From Lingula anatina (taxonomy: Eukaryota; Animalia; Brachiopoda), in assembly GCA_051362555.1 (NCBI GenBank), contig CM120643.1, forward strand, positions 12,002,644 to 12,066,643: DNA of 64,000 nucleotides, read 5' to 3'. The notes beneath the pieces were generated by a model that ran no database searches, was not told the origin of the DNA, and worked only from the letters and a program-made list of their open reading frames with translations. Positions 36,708 to 49,800 of this stretch are shown here, one piece after another. A program made the position numbers and the translations under genes. Position 1 is the first letter of the stretch. The number at the start of each line of letters is the position of its first letter.

Positions 36708-37676
36708 TTAAACCTCTGAAAAAAAATTAATCCCACATGTAACTGTATGTGCGGGTGAACACTGAAGACAGTATAGTCTGAGACTAACTGTTCATATCTC
36801 TTCTGTGAATTCCGCATCACATGGCATAGTCTCTGCAGTGCCATAGTGGAAAGAAATGGTGATGAAAATAGTATGGACTATAGCTGTTTAAATAACCTTA
36901 CATTTCAAAATATGTGTGTGCACATCCACATGTACAAAGTCTTATGAATTATGTTCACGCATGTACACATGCCACAGCAAAATCATGGTAATGACACTTA
37001 TCTTTTCAATGGGCAAAAATTATCAAACTTTCTAATGTATACCTTTATAAACACATAAAGTATATAGTATTAGTGGTACTCTTACTGCACAGATTAGAAC
37101 TATAGAGTAGCTTACTTTTTTATTCTGTTGTGACCATCCAATAGGAATTGGGTAGGAGTATCAAAATTTTAAAAATTATTGGCCTAAAAAATACCGCATC
37201 TGTAAAATTCACGATTTCCCCCCCACTGAAAAAAATCAAGTTATTACCATATGCTTAGGTGGCACTAGCAATTTTTTCTAAAGCCAAATTACTACTTTTT
37301 CATCACTTTTTTCTCCAAAATGGTTTAAATTTGACTAAAATAAGTCAAATCAACCCTATTTTGTTTAGCCAATTGAAGTCAGTTTTAGCATTTGGCTTTA
37401 TTGGGCAGTGTTAACTCTACCCCAGTTTGTGTGTCCACATGCATAAGTGTACAAATGACTGACCTTTGGGTTCTTTAAAAAGCCCAGCTTGAACTCTGCG
37501 TCCAGAGCCAGGTAATCGGGGTTACTCCTCACGGTGGACACCATGATGACCCATCTCTCCTGACCCTGAAATTCCTCCACACTGCCCACCTCTATGTCCC
37601 GAAAGTTTTTCTTGAACAGCAGTTGCCTCAGTTTTTGAACCTGTGGAGAGAATAAAAAGGGATGTCTGTGCATTTA

Positions 37677-37843
37677 CAGGCCCGTAACCAGCAATTTCGA
37701 AAGGGGGGTTCTTTTTCTGAAAAAGTGGACCTTTTTCCATAAAAACTTCATGTACCTAGATCAAATTTTACCCACAGTGGACCTTTTCCCAGCAAAAGTG
37801 GCAGTTCTTTAAAAACCCCGAACCCCCCCTGGCTACGCGCCTG
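37677..37843. mobile_element. hAT-like MITE; related inverted copy at about 57780-57913 and a degenerate copy at about 7090-7290
   Basis: TIRs CAGGCCCGTAACCAG and CTGGCTACGCGCCTG; internal AAAAGTGGACCTTT repeats are shared with 57780-57913. Confidence 0.7.
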
Positions 37844-40328
37844 ATTTAATACTCATCCGTTACATTCAGCATTTACTTTATCTTTATCTTATTTTACTAG
37901 TAGTTAGCCATAACTCTGAACAGGCTGCATATTGTTAGTACATTACATTATAACCAAGCTCAGGTGGATTAGTAATTGAATTTGCCATGTGAGATGGGAG
38001 TGAGCAAATTCACCACAATTTTAATTTTAATTTTTAAAATTTTTCTTTTTACTTTATCACATGTACACTTCTGTAGTTAAAGTAGGACTTTTCATAAGCC
38101 TAACAGTACCATATCTATAACATACTATTAACTCAGATGTATTGTGGCTGTACTTTAAGGTAAATGGAATGTTGGACCTTTAAAGAATGTTGACTACTGG
38201 CTCTTTAGAGCTACGCCACATTCTTAGAATCTATTGCCCTAACTCAGCAAAAAGGCCCAGTTAATAATTGTAAACAAATTTGCAAAGTTTTACTAGGCAG
38301 CTTCAATTAATTGGCATTTGGTGTGAAGCCCGATTTGATATTGCAAACTGTTGTTAGTAACTTGAAAAGGGAGAGGGACTGGGGAGGGGTTGCCTGTATT
38401 CATCATGGAATAAGCTCTGTCATATTTCCCTCACTTGTTTTCTGTAGGGGGAAATAATTCCAATTTCATTCTGCAAGACTCGGATGCCTCTGGCCTCCAG
38501 TAGCTTCTCCACATATCCCAACACAATAGTTGCTTCTTCTGGATTGAAGAATGATGGACTCCTTTCCTCCCTCATGTCCTCCCCAACCACTCCATGGAAT
38601 ACAAAGGGACACCCCATTTTTGGTAAACCTTCCCAGTTGCAGAGGGACTCCCTGGCAAGTCGGTCAGCACAGGCTTCTAGCTCGTTGTCGTAGAACTGTT
38701 CGTTGGAAGCTTGAGGATAGCAGGATGTGATCTGTAGTTTTTGAGGAGTTTTGTAAGGAGGAATGGGTTGTAATGGCCTTGACGTTGGTACAGTACATCT
38801 TGATCGTTGTCATCTGAGCCAGGACTCGAACCACCCCTCTTCTTGTACACATCACAGTAGGTCATGTATCTTTCTAAGAGTGAGAGTCCTGTAAGACATT
38901 AAAATGATGAGACATTTCATATACATGTATAAATATATAAATGAAGTTATTCTTTATCAAAGAAACTATATAACTATGAGGTTCAAAAGGTTTTAATTTC
39001 ACCATTATATGTACAAAAGAGATGAAAGAGACATTTTGTCAATGCTTAAGTACAAAATCTCTACTACCACATGTAAAAGTATTTCAGTGTTTGCAATTTT
39101 ACCAGAGCTTATAGAACTACCAAAAAAACTGATCCTTGTCAAAACCTAGTCCTAGAGAAAGAAAGACTTTCTTTTGTCAAATTTAAAATTATTGAAGGAA
39201 TAATTCTGGGCACATCCATAGCAGTAAAAATGTTTCATTAATTGCATTACCTTTTATTTTACTTAAATCTTAGAAGCAGAAATCACTGGTCAATAAAAAG
39301 CTTTTAGAATAAGTCCTACATGTATATGATTTTACCAGACTCTCAAACACCTTTGTAAATATTATAGTTAATCATAGTACTTTTGTCCACAATTTTCAAC
39401 TTCACTTTTCTTTTAGTCATAGTCTTATTTCATTTTTATTTAAGCCCGAGGTAGTAATGTAACTTCCCCTTTTAATGCATTTCATAACACATACACTCAC
39501 ACACATTGGCAGATTAAAACTTTACTATTACTCATATTATCATTTTTATTATAATGGCTGTTGGGGGCATATTATTATAATTAAATATATTAAAAACTAT
39601 TATAATTATAATTATATATATTAAAAACTTATTTGCAATATAAAACAAAATTTACCTGCATAATTATCACTGCTTCCTTATTATTAATCCAGCAGAGAGC
39701 TTAACCTTTGGGAGTTTACAGGGAAATATCAACAAGTGTGCTTTATGTAATCTCATTTAATGGCCTATTAATTAGGCAAATGACTTTATAACTTTATAAC
39801 TTAGCCTAGTGAGTCCCAAGGGAAATTTACAGACTGACCCTCTCAAAGGTCTTCAGGCCCATAAGTCACACCCTTAAGAAATGCACAAAACAATAATGCA
39901 CAAAATAGGAGACTATCAATTCTGATACAATAATACATTATGTTTAACTGCACAGTCAACATCAAATGTTTTAAAATTTTGCACAACAGGTAACACCGAC
40001 GAAAGTAAAAGCATAAGGCTTCAGGCCCATCAGAGTTCAAGTTTATATTTAGAAAGTGCCAAAATAAGAAAAATGAAAATTTCACAAAAAATGCATAAAT
40101 TTAATAAAAGTGATAATATAATAGAGCTGGTTTTCTAATATGAGCTGTATGTCAATCCTAAGAATCATTCTTGTAAGACTAGTTGAAAAATTAGAAAGTA
40201 ACAGTTTTCTTTCTATAACGTTAATGGTGGCAGTGTACAAAAGAGGTTTTTTGTCAATTTTGATGCAACATTACATAATGATTAACTGTATAAATACCAC
40301 CAATTTTTAAATATCTACTATTAAAAAC

Positions 40329-42366
40329 TGAATGGTTTACATCTGAACTCAGCGAAGAAAGGAAAAAGATCAGGAACGTCAGTGGTGCAACTCAAAATTG
40401 GAAATACACCGGGAATTATTCAAAACTGCCAGAGCTAACTATCACACCCTGCTTGAAAAGCAAAAAAGTGTACACCATCGGACCTGTATTGAAGGTGCTG
40501 ATCAAAGGGAACTCTTTAGGATTGTGGACAAGATTTCAGAATCTAAGTCAAGCCAGCTAAGTGTGCTTCCTGACATGGAAATGTCAACACTTCCTCAAGT
40601 TTTTGCAGATTTCTTCACAAACCGGATCAAGGATATTCGTAAGGACTTAACTCAAAATGCTACCACAGGATCCTCAGAATCAGATCCATTACCAAGTGAA
40701 TTTCAAGACAGGTGTGCCAGTCAGGGTGGTGGGGCCCAACTGAGCAATTTCCTACCGGTCTCAGAGAAGGATATTATCTCTGTTATAAAGGGGATGAATT
40801 CTAAGTTTTGTGCTCTGGATCCCATGCCAACATATATAGTGAAAGAGTGTATTAGTGTGTTATCTCCAGTTCTCTTGAGATTAGTAAATCTGTCTTTCTC
40901 AACAGGTATCTTTCCATCAAACTGCAAAACTGCAATTGTTAGACCATTACTTAAAAAGCAAGGGCTGTGTAAAAATGTCCTGAAAAACTATAGACCAATA
41001 TCAAATCTACCCTTTTTAGGTAAATTTCTTGAAAAAATGGCATGTTCCCAACTAAGCAGCTATCTATCTGAAAATAAACTCTTTGGGAAATTCCAGTCTG
41101 CCTATAGAGAAGGCCACAGCACTGAGACAGCTCTACTTCGAGTCCACAACGACATAATGCTTGCCCTAGATAAACAAAGAGATGTCATTTTAGTTCTTCT
41201 AGACCTTTCAGCGGCTTTCGATACCATAGATCATAATATTCTTCTTCACAGGTTGCAGCATCGTTTTAGAGTGAATGGACTTGCACTTAGTTGGTTTACC
41301 TCTTACCTGAAAAACAGAACACAAAGGGTTTCAATAGAGTCGGTTTTATCTCAGCCAGTTAACTTGGAGTACGGTGTCCCACAAGGGTCTGTGTTAGGTC
41401 CGATCCTATTCTCATTATACATGTTACCTGTAGAAGATATCATACAAAAGCATGGTCTGAACACTGTTATTTTTGCAGATGACACACAAGTATATATTAC
41501 ATGCAAGAGCAGCCAGTCTGCAACAATCACTTCTATGGAGACTTGTCTTGCAGAGATTCGAGAATGGATGAAAGTGAACATGTTGGCTTTAAATGATAGT
41601 AAGACTGAGTTGATATGGTTTTCATCAAGGTTCAAGGCAAATAGAAAAAATGTAGCAAATGCCAACATTTGCATAGGAGATGTTCTTATAAAACCATCTA
41701 GTTCTGTAAAAAATCTGGGAGTTACCCTCGATGAAAATGGCACTATGGGCAAGCGTGTATCTGAAGTGTGTAAATCAGCATCTTATGCACTATGGCGCAT
41801 TGGAAAAATAAGGAAAGTGTTAGATAACAAAACCACTGAAAAATTAGTACATGCATTTATATCATCAAGATTAGATTACTGCAATAGTCTCCTCTTTGGT
41901 ATTTGTGACTATCAGATTAAAAAGTTACAAGTTATTCAAAACTCAGCTGCAAGACTGGTTTGTCAAATTAAGTACAATAGTACACACCATATCACTCCCA
42001 TTCTGAAAGAATTACACTGGCTGCCTGTGAAGCAGAGGATTGATTTTAAAGTACTCTGTATTATTTTTAAGGCGATCCATTCACAAGGACCATTATATTT
42101 ATCTGATCTTATCTGTTTTAACTTACCACGGCGGTCCACACGTTTTAATACTGAGAATGATTTTATTTTAAAACATTCTGTTTTAGAGAAGGGGTGCCTA
42201 AAAAGTTATGGAGATCGTGCTTTTATAATCTACGCCCCAAAAGTGTGGAATGGTCTACCAAATTTTATTAGGAAAACAGAAGACTTTGACAATTTTAAAT
42301 CTCTTTTAAAGACCCACTTTTTTAGTTCTGTCTATATCTCTTAGATTTTATTTTAATATATATATG

Positions 42367-42399
<33 letters not shown>

Positions 42400-42562
42400 A
42401 GATTGATTTTTAGTAGTGTAAATTTTAAATGGTTTCCAATGAGAGTTTATGATTAAAATATTGTAGTCATTTTAATGATTTTAGTATATTAGCCATTATT
42501 GTAAGGCGCCTTGAGATAGAATGTAAGGCACCATATAAGAAACTTATTATTATTATTAATAT
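40329..42562 (+). mobile_element. 5'-truncated L2-clade (CR1 group) LINE
   Basis: Reverse transcriptase ORF followed by a 3' tail TGTAAGGCGCCTTGAG...TAAGGCACCATATAAGAAAC(TTA)n. Possible TSD TATTAAAAAC at 40319-40328 and 42563-42572. The host repeat is contiguous across this site in the 16.5-kb copy. Confidence 0.93.
40398..42344 (+). CDS. LINE ORF2 reverse transcriptase (endonuclease domain lost by truncation), 648 aa open
   Basis: Motifs NYRPISNLPFLGK, FQSAYR..HSTETAL, LDLSAAFDTIDH, GVPQGSVLGP, FADDTQ, SRLDYCNSLL, HITPILKELHWLP and GDRAF. Confidence 0.95.
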   Translation: MEIHRELFKTARANYHTLLEKQKSVHHRTCIEGADQRELFRIVDKISESKSSQLSVLPDMEMSTLPQVFADFFTNRIKDIRKDLTQNATTGSSESDPLPSEFQDRCASQGGGAQLSNFLPVSEKDIISVIKGMNSKFCALDPMPTYIVKECISVLSPVLLRLVNLSFSTGIFPSNCKTAIVRPLLKKQGLCKNVLKNYRPISNLPFLGKFLEKMACSQLSSYLSENKLFGKFQSAYREGHSTETALLRVHNDIMLALDKQRDVILVLLDLSAAFDTIDHNILLHRLQHRFRVNGLALSWFTSYLKNRTQRVSIESVLSQPVNLEYGVPQGSVLGPILFSLYMLPVEDIIQKHGLNTVIFADDTQVYITCKSSQSATITSMETCLAEIREWMKVNMLALNDSKTELIWFSSRFKANRKNVANANICIGDVLIKPSSSVKNLGVTLDENGTMGKRVSEVCKSASYALWRIGKIRKVLDNKTTEKLVHAFISSRLDYCNSLLFGICDYQIKKLQVIQNSAARLVCQIKYNSTHHITPILKELHWLPVKQRIDFKVLCIIFKAIHSQGPLYLSDLICFNLPRRSTRFNTENDFILKHSVLEKGCLKSYGDRAFIIYAPKVWNGLPNFIRKTEDFDNFKSLLKTHFFSSVYIS

Positions 42563-45500
42563 TATTAAAAACATGGACATTAAAAAAAGGTGATTACCAC
42601 TGGGCTTCATGCCCAAGGGAGCTCTTAGTCCCACATTGAAAATTCCAGTATGTGAAAGATAAAAATTTTCACAAAAAACCTCTATAACTTCCAGAAAATT
42701 AACAAATGAGACAGATTTTCCAACTGAAGCTGTATTTCAGTCCTATGTTTCTTTCCTTTAAGTGTAAAAAGAGCAAGTGACATGGTTTTCCTTTCACGGT
42801 CACTAAGGAGGCAGTGCCTAAAATAGGGTTTTGTTCAATTTTGATGCAATATTACATAATGCTTAACAGCATAATAACCATCAGTTTTTTAATGATAAAA
42901 TAAAACTATCATGGATATTCACAAAATGTGTCTAGCCCATAGAGTTCAGAAACACTTTGAAAATCCCAAAATCTAAACAAGAGAAACTGTATTAAAAAGA
43001 GTTTATTTCCATTTTCAATACCTTTTTTACATGAAAAAAAATAATCGATTTACTGTCATTTTTATATGATCAATTAAAATATGTTGTCAAAGGAAAAATA
43101 TCAATAGAACAAATTTAAATGTCCAACTTGCTCCATTCTGAGATTCTTAACTTAGTGAATGATTGAATCTGACGAACTTCAATGATATGAGTTCCCTTCC
43201 ATTTTTGATACTTTATTACACAATGCACAATAAAAGGTGTACTGTCATTTTTATATAATCAACTAACAATATTTTTAAGAAGCAGAAAATGTCAAAACAA
43301 CACTTTTACATATCTAATTTGTTCCATATTGAGACTGTTAACATGCCTAAGAATTAAATCTGAAGAAAAGCCACTTATATGCAAAAAGGCTAATAACTTC
43401 ATCAAAACTTAACTGATCAAGCTTATTTTCAAACTTGATCTGTATATTAGTCAGACTGATCACTCCTGTAAGTTTCAAGACAAAAGGCTGATTGGTTTTC
43501 CTTAAAATGTGTTATCAGTGTTGCATATATGCTGAATAATGGAAAAAAAACAGCATAACTTTAAATTTGTAAAGATAGTCCAATCAAGCCAATTTTCGAA
43601 CTTGACCTGTGTATTATGAATGTTCATCAGTTCTGTAAGTTTCAAGCCAAAAGGTAAAATGGTTTTCCACTTATCGTGTTATCAGTGCTGCATATATGCT
43701 GAGAAAATGCAGAAAATGGTTCATTTTGTTAATTTTGATGCAATAATAAATCATGCCTACAATAGCACTGTCAATCAACACTGAATTTTAATCATGCACA
43801 ACAGGTGACATCGTCAATAACAGGAGCGGATCCAGAGATATTTTCTGACAGTATTCCAAATTATCTTTAAAAAAACAGATACCCATCAATATGAACTTTA
43901 AAATCTGAAAGACCCAGAAGACGGCCTCAATCCACCCCTGCAATAAGATTACAGTTTCAGGACCAAATTCACATAATGAAAATCCCAATATTTGAATAAT
44001 GATGACAATGCATAAAATAATATTACATAATGTTTAAAGACATAAAAACCAATGCAACTGTTTATGTGGAAATACAGAGAATGTGAAGAGCTTCAGGTGG
44101 ATGGGAGCTGAAAATGCCAGTGTTTGAAAAAATAAATTAAAAAGAAAACACAACAAAAATATCCCATTAAAGCTGCTATTCAAACTTTTAATCTTGCTGT
44201 AATAACATGATATGAATAACCCCAATGTGTTTGAGGATAATAAGGCACTGTTACTCAATTTTTTTTTCTTTTGTTAACTTATTTGCAATATTAAACAACA
44301 TTTACCTGCATAATTATCACAGATTCCTAATTATGTGACACAGTTAAGAGAGGTTAACCTATGGGACTTTACTGGGAAATCTCAATGTGTGTTTTATGTA
44401 ATCTTATTTAATGGGCACTTGGAAATTAATTAGGCAAATGATTTTATAGCTCTGAATTTAGCTTGTGACTACCCCAAGGGACAATTACCACCATCCATAA
44501 ATAGTAGCCCCATATAGCACTCTATAGAGCTGCATTGCTTCCAGAACAGAAAACAATCACTCTGATTTTCCAACACAAACTGCAGGTCAGTCTTACAAAA
44601 CTTTTCAGTAAGTTTGAGTATCATAAGTAACATGGTTTTTCCTTAATGGTCATTCCGGCAGCCATTTCCAAAATAGGGTTTTCTTCAACTTTTATGCAAT
44701 ATAACATAATGACCATCAATTTTTAATAATAAAATAAAAGTATCATGGATATACGGAAAATGTGACATGGAAAGGTCTTCAAGGCCATGGAAGTTCAGAG
44801 TCACACTTTCAAAATGCCAAAATGTACCTGTATACAAGAGATAACTGTATTGAATTGATTTTCTTCCATTTTCAACACCTTTTTTTCATATAACAAAGTA
44901 ATCAATTTACTGTCATTTTTAAATGAACAACTGAGAAAATTGTTGACATAGGAAAAATATCAATAGAACAATTTTAAATGTCCAGTTTGCTCCATTCTGA
45001 GATTCTGAACATGGTGAATGATTGAATCTGACAAACTGTAAAGATATGAGTTTATTATTGTTTCCATTTTTTGACACTTTATTACACAATTACAGGTTTA
45101 CCATCTTTTTTATATAATCAACTAACAATATTGTTAAGATGCAGAAAATGTCAAAAGAACACCTTTACATATCTAATTAGTTCACAGATGAGATTGTTAA
45201 CATGCCTAAGAATTAAATCAAAGGAAAAAACACTTATATACAAAAAAGGCATAACTTCACCGGAACTGAACCAATGGAGCTTATTTTCGAACTCCATCTG
45301 TATTTCAGTAAGACTGATCACCCCTGTAAATTTCAAGACAATTGGCCAATTGATTTTCCTTGAAATGCGTTATCGGTATTGCATACATGCTAAAAAAAGT
45401 GAAAAAACAGCATAACTTCCATAAAATTGGTCCAATCACGCTGATTTTCAAACTTGACCTGTGTATTATGAATAGTCATCAGTTCTGTAAGTTTCAAGCC

Positions 45501-46892
45501 AAAAGGTAAAACGCTTTTTCACTTATCGTGTTATCAGTGTTGCATATATGCTTAAAAAAATGAAAAAAGAGCATAACTTCCATAAAAATGGCCTGATCAT
45601 GCTGATTTTCGAACTTGACCTGCGTATTATGTATATTCATTAGTTCCATAAGTTTCTAGCCAAAAGGTAAAACGGTTTTTCACTTATCATGTTATCGGTG
45701 TTGCATATATGCTGAAAAAAGTGAAAAAACAGCATAACTTCCATATAGATGGCCATATCATGCTGATTTTCGAACTTGACCTGCATATTATGAAAGCTCA
45801 TCAGTTCTGTAAGTTTCAAGCCAAAAGGTAAAACGGTTTTTCACTTATCATGTTATCGGTGGTCAAAGTGCACGGCGACGACGACAGACGCAGGTGATGG
45901 CTATATGTACAGACACATCTGTGTCTGTACATAAAAAGCTTGAACACATTTATTTTATTTTCAAAATTTTAATAGTAACAAACAGTAAAAGATAACCAAA
46001 ACTGTAAACCATATTATACATAGAGAGCACCTGTTTTGACCAGTATCACCTCAGTGAGCCAAGATTGCTTTGGATCTGCTTTATCAAATACAAAAGATGA
46101 AATACATATGTGATTGGCACTCCCTTGGTAAATAAGCTTTCTGTCTTACATGTAAACTGAAACAAGAACGGTTCCAAATTGTACTTTTTTTTTTACTTTA
46201 ATCTGAATTAACTTTTTTTCACAAAATTTGACACATTCCAATACGTTCTGTTAGTCTCAGTTAAACTATTAAACCTACATATGTTTTGATAAATTCCCTA
46301 ATGGCAAGTGTTTGTGTTTTATCAAAAAAAAAAAAAGAAAGAAAACCTTCTGCGTACTATTATTATGTCAGAACATTTCTCTTAATCCAACTAAAAACAT
46401 AAAGATGAGTATAATGCTGTCATGGGATCAGAGAAATTCTGCCTCGCACTCTGTTAAACAAGTCTCAAACTGAACAACATTATTGAAATGAAAACTTTCT
46501 TCTTTCAGAATTATAATGTGTAAACAAAAGTCAAAGAACAATCTGAACACGTAATCTTTAACACCAGTTTGGTAGCTCTAGAGATCTGCCCTCTGTTCAG
46601 GAGTTACGACAGTCACCCTTCGTCTAAGAACACAAATGAGACACAAACGGAGTTATTCTGGGAAATCCAAGATAAAAAAGAAGCCAATTTTTGAGTTTCC
46701 CCCTCTTCTAGACAGTTCTTGTGAAGATGAATTAGGTATTGGTCTCTTCCCTCTTCCAAACACCCCATGCCCTAGATTGGTTCAACAGCCCCACCCTATC
46801 CTTCAATTGGCCTTGATGACCTTGGCAAGTGACCTTGCTTATAGCTGTGACCTTGATCATGACATCATACCACTACTTCCTCTCTCTTGACG

Positions 46893-49800
46893 TCACCTAT
46901 CATCAAGAGGGACTGTGAATTTTTTATTTCCTGTCTGGCAGTGAACCTGGTGGACCTGCACTGTAAATATGTGTGGACAATCTTCCATGTAGGATGACAA
47001 AATTTTCTAAAAAAAATATATATCTAAATGATTATAATAATTATAACAATAAGGCTTATTGTGCTCCCTTTGGAATATCTACAAAATTAACTGAATGCAT
47101 ATATGTTGTACATATTGAAAGTATTAAATTGGAGTAAGATTCAATTACTAAACATTTACTTTCAAAATAAATATTAAAGAGAATAATAAAAACAAAATGT
47201 AGTGTTTGTCATTCTTTATAGTATATACTTTCAAATTAATATGACCTCATTTTCTTAAGCATGTTCCAAGAGACAATTAGGTGAAAAATGTGAGAAATGG
47301 ACAGAACATACTATCACGACATTAACTTCCATAATTCTAAATCATTTCTTTGTCTCTGGAATATTTCTTTAAGTCATACTAGCACGACCTTTCTCCGTTT
47401 TGTGAAGCTAGATTGATTGACCTGAAACTTACATCAAGTGATGCCCTAATCTTGGGAGTGACCTCTTGTGTAACATCCCCCAGTGCCCAGAGAACACTCA
47501 TATGAAATGATGGATCCTGCAATAGATATATATAGGGTACATTCCCAATGAGACTATAGTTCTATGAAATCGATCCAACTCTGTAGAGACCCTCAGTGAA
47601 TGCAGTCAGATAAACACACCTCTTCTTGGATGGAAACAAGAGGAGGTGTGTACACCTGTTAATCAGATTATATTCAGGAAGATTCCCAGCGGAGTTGGGT
47701 CGATCTATGTAGAATTATAGTTTCATTGGGAATGTGCCCATACTTAACTATAGACTTATCAAATGGATGAGTGCCGTACAGGATGACATAAACTAACTGC
47801 AGATTATATACAAAATAAGTATGTTCTATGAAGAAAGTATTAAATGTTTTATAGATGAGGTTTGAATAAAGTTGCTCACCAATAATACAATGTAAGTGCC
47901 CTTTGAATTATTAAAATATAGACTAACAGTTTACAATTAAATATGTACTTGTGACTTTATTCTTTGACTACAATATTTCACCTTATAATACTTTTGTAGA
48001 TGGAACTCCTCTAATGTGTTATCAACATTTTCCACCAAGCTGCACAAATTTTTAAAACCATGCTGAACTTTTAGACCCAGGAAAGACCTAAAAAGAAATT
48101 AAATGAAATCGAAATTATATGGCTAGATTAATCTCTGGAAGATTAAAGACACCAGGCATATAATAATCAGCAATTAAAAATGAACAGCTTTAATTCTGAT
48201 CATTACAAATAAAAATTAATAATATATATTTAATTTACAACAAGGCAGCAAAGCTGTCAAATGTACAGACAAAAAGCAGGAAATAACAAAATAGGCTACT
48301 GACAATTCTGATGTAAAAGTACATTATGTTAAACTGCAAATTCAACATCAAATTTTAATTATGCTCAACAGGTAATACCAATGTAAGTAAAATGTGTAAC
48401 AAGCATAAGGCTTCAGGCCCATGGGAGTTCAAGTTCACACTTTGAAAATGTAAAACTTCCAAAAAAAAAAAGTCAATTAGACTGCTTTTCCAACTCGAGC
48501 TGCATTTTAGTCCTGTGTTTCTTTTTTAAAAGTTTGACAATCATAAGTAATATGGTTTTCCCATGATGGTCATCATGGCAGCAATACCCAATATTGTGTT
48601 TTCTTCTATTTTGATGCAATATTTCATAATGCTTAACAGCATAAAGAACATCAGTTTTTAATAATAAAATATACGTATCGTGGATTTTCAGAAAATGTGA
48701 CTAGCATGGGTCTTCAAGCCCAAGGTGGTTCTAAGTCACACCTTGAAATTGCCAATATGTGAAAAATTAAATTTTCACAAAAAACTGATTAACTGCCAGA
48801 AAAATTTACCAAATAGACTGCACTGCCTAATGAAACTGTATTTTAGTCCCATGTTTCTTTCCTGTAAGTTTGAGAACAGTAAGTGACATAGTTTTCCTTA
48901 AATGGTCATCAAGGGAGCAGTGTCCAAAATAGGGGTTTCTTCAAATTTTGATGCAATATTACATAATGTTTAACAGGATAATAACCATCAATTTTTAATA
49001 ATAAAATATTAGTATCATGGATATTCAGAAAATGTGACTAGCAAAGGTCTTCAGGCCCATGGAACTTCAAAGTCACAACTTGAAAATGCCAAAATGTAGA
49101 CAAGACAGTACTGTCCTGAAATGCATTTTTTTCCATTTTTAACAATTTTTTAACATATAACAAAATTAACACTTTACTGCCATTTTTTTATGATCAACTA
49201 AGAAAATTGATGAGATGGGAAAAATATCAATAGAACAGTGTTTAATGTCCAATTTCCTCCATTCTGAGTTTCTGAACATAGTGAATGAATGAATGAATCT
49301 GACAAACTGCAATGATAAGAGTTTATTTCCATTTTTGAAACTCTATTATACAATACATGATAACAAGCTTACCATCATTTTTACATAATCAACTAACAAT
49401 GTTGTAAAGATGCAGGAAATGTTAAACAAAGACTTTTACGTATCTTATTAGTTAAATAATGAGACTGTTAACATGCCTAAGAATTGAATCTGAGGAAATG
49501 TGAAACAAGACAGTACTGTTATGAAATGCGTTTATTTCCATTTTTAACACTTTTTTAACATAATACAAAATTAACAGTTTACTGCCATTTTTATATGATC
49601 AACTAAAAAAGTTGATGAGATGTGAAAAATATCAATAGAACAGTGTCAAATGTCCAATTTCCTCCATTCTGAGTTTCTGAACATAATGAATGATTGAATC
49701 TTACAAACTGCAATAATATGAGTTTATTTCCATTTTTGACACTTTATTACACAATACACGATAACAAGTTTACCATCATTTTTACATAATCAACTAACAA

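Larger units (their letters stand above)
33137..38888 (-). pseudogene. MOV10: MOV10-like (UPF1-family SF1 RNA helicase) 3' half, disrupted
   Basis: Exons: 38888-38435 (LSLLERY..LTKLLKNYRSHPAILKLP/NEQFYDNEL..FHGVVGEDMREERSPSFFNPEEA..IGIISPYRKQ, with a 1-nt deletion at about 38704); 37640-37464 (VGSVEEFQGQER..STVRS..LGFLKNPK); 36715-36712 joined to 34226-34142 ([19 protein letters not shown], split by a transposon); 33642-33527 (FLKYCLEKKAYTGC); 33201-33137 (QEDPKWRGEA*). No exons for helicase motifs I-II were found before USB1. Confidence 0.88.
39620..45937 (+). mobile_element. Large Helentron-type non-autonomous element or composite with internal duplications, interrupted by an L2 LINE
   Basis: Homologous to 15672-16925 and 48239-50630. 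Contains subrepeats of about 160 bp (GCATAACTT...TTTTCGAACTTGACCTG), a (GAC)n tract, and a 3' hairpin TATGTACAGACAC-atct-GTGTCTGTACATA at 45904-45933 followed by AAAA. Confidence 0.8.

Noticed and set aside
40721-41752. Minus-strand ORFs within the LINE
   Set aside because: They are antisense shadows of the reverse transcriptase ORF.
46050-46085. Remnant of MOV10 motif III (GAT CCA AAG CAA t CTT GGC, roughly DPKQ/LG)
   Set aside because: The match is too short, needs a frameshift, has no flanking similarity, and would be far more decayed than the other exons; probably chance.
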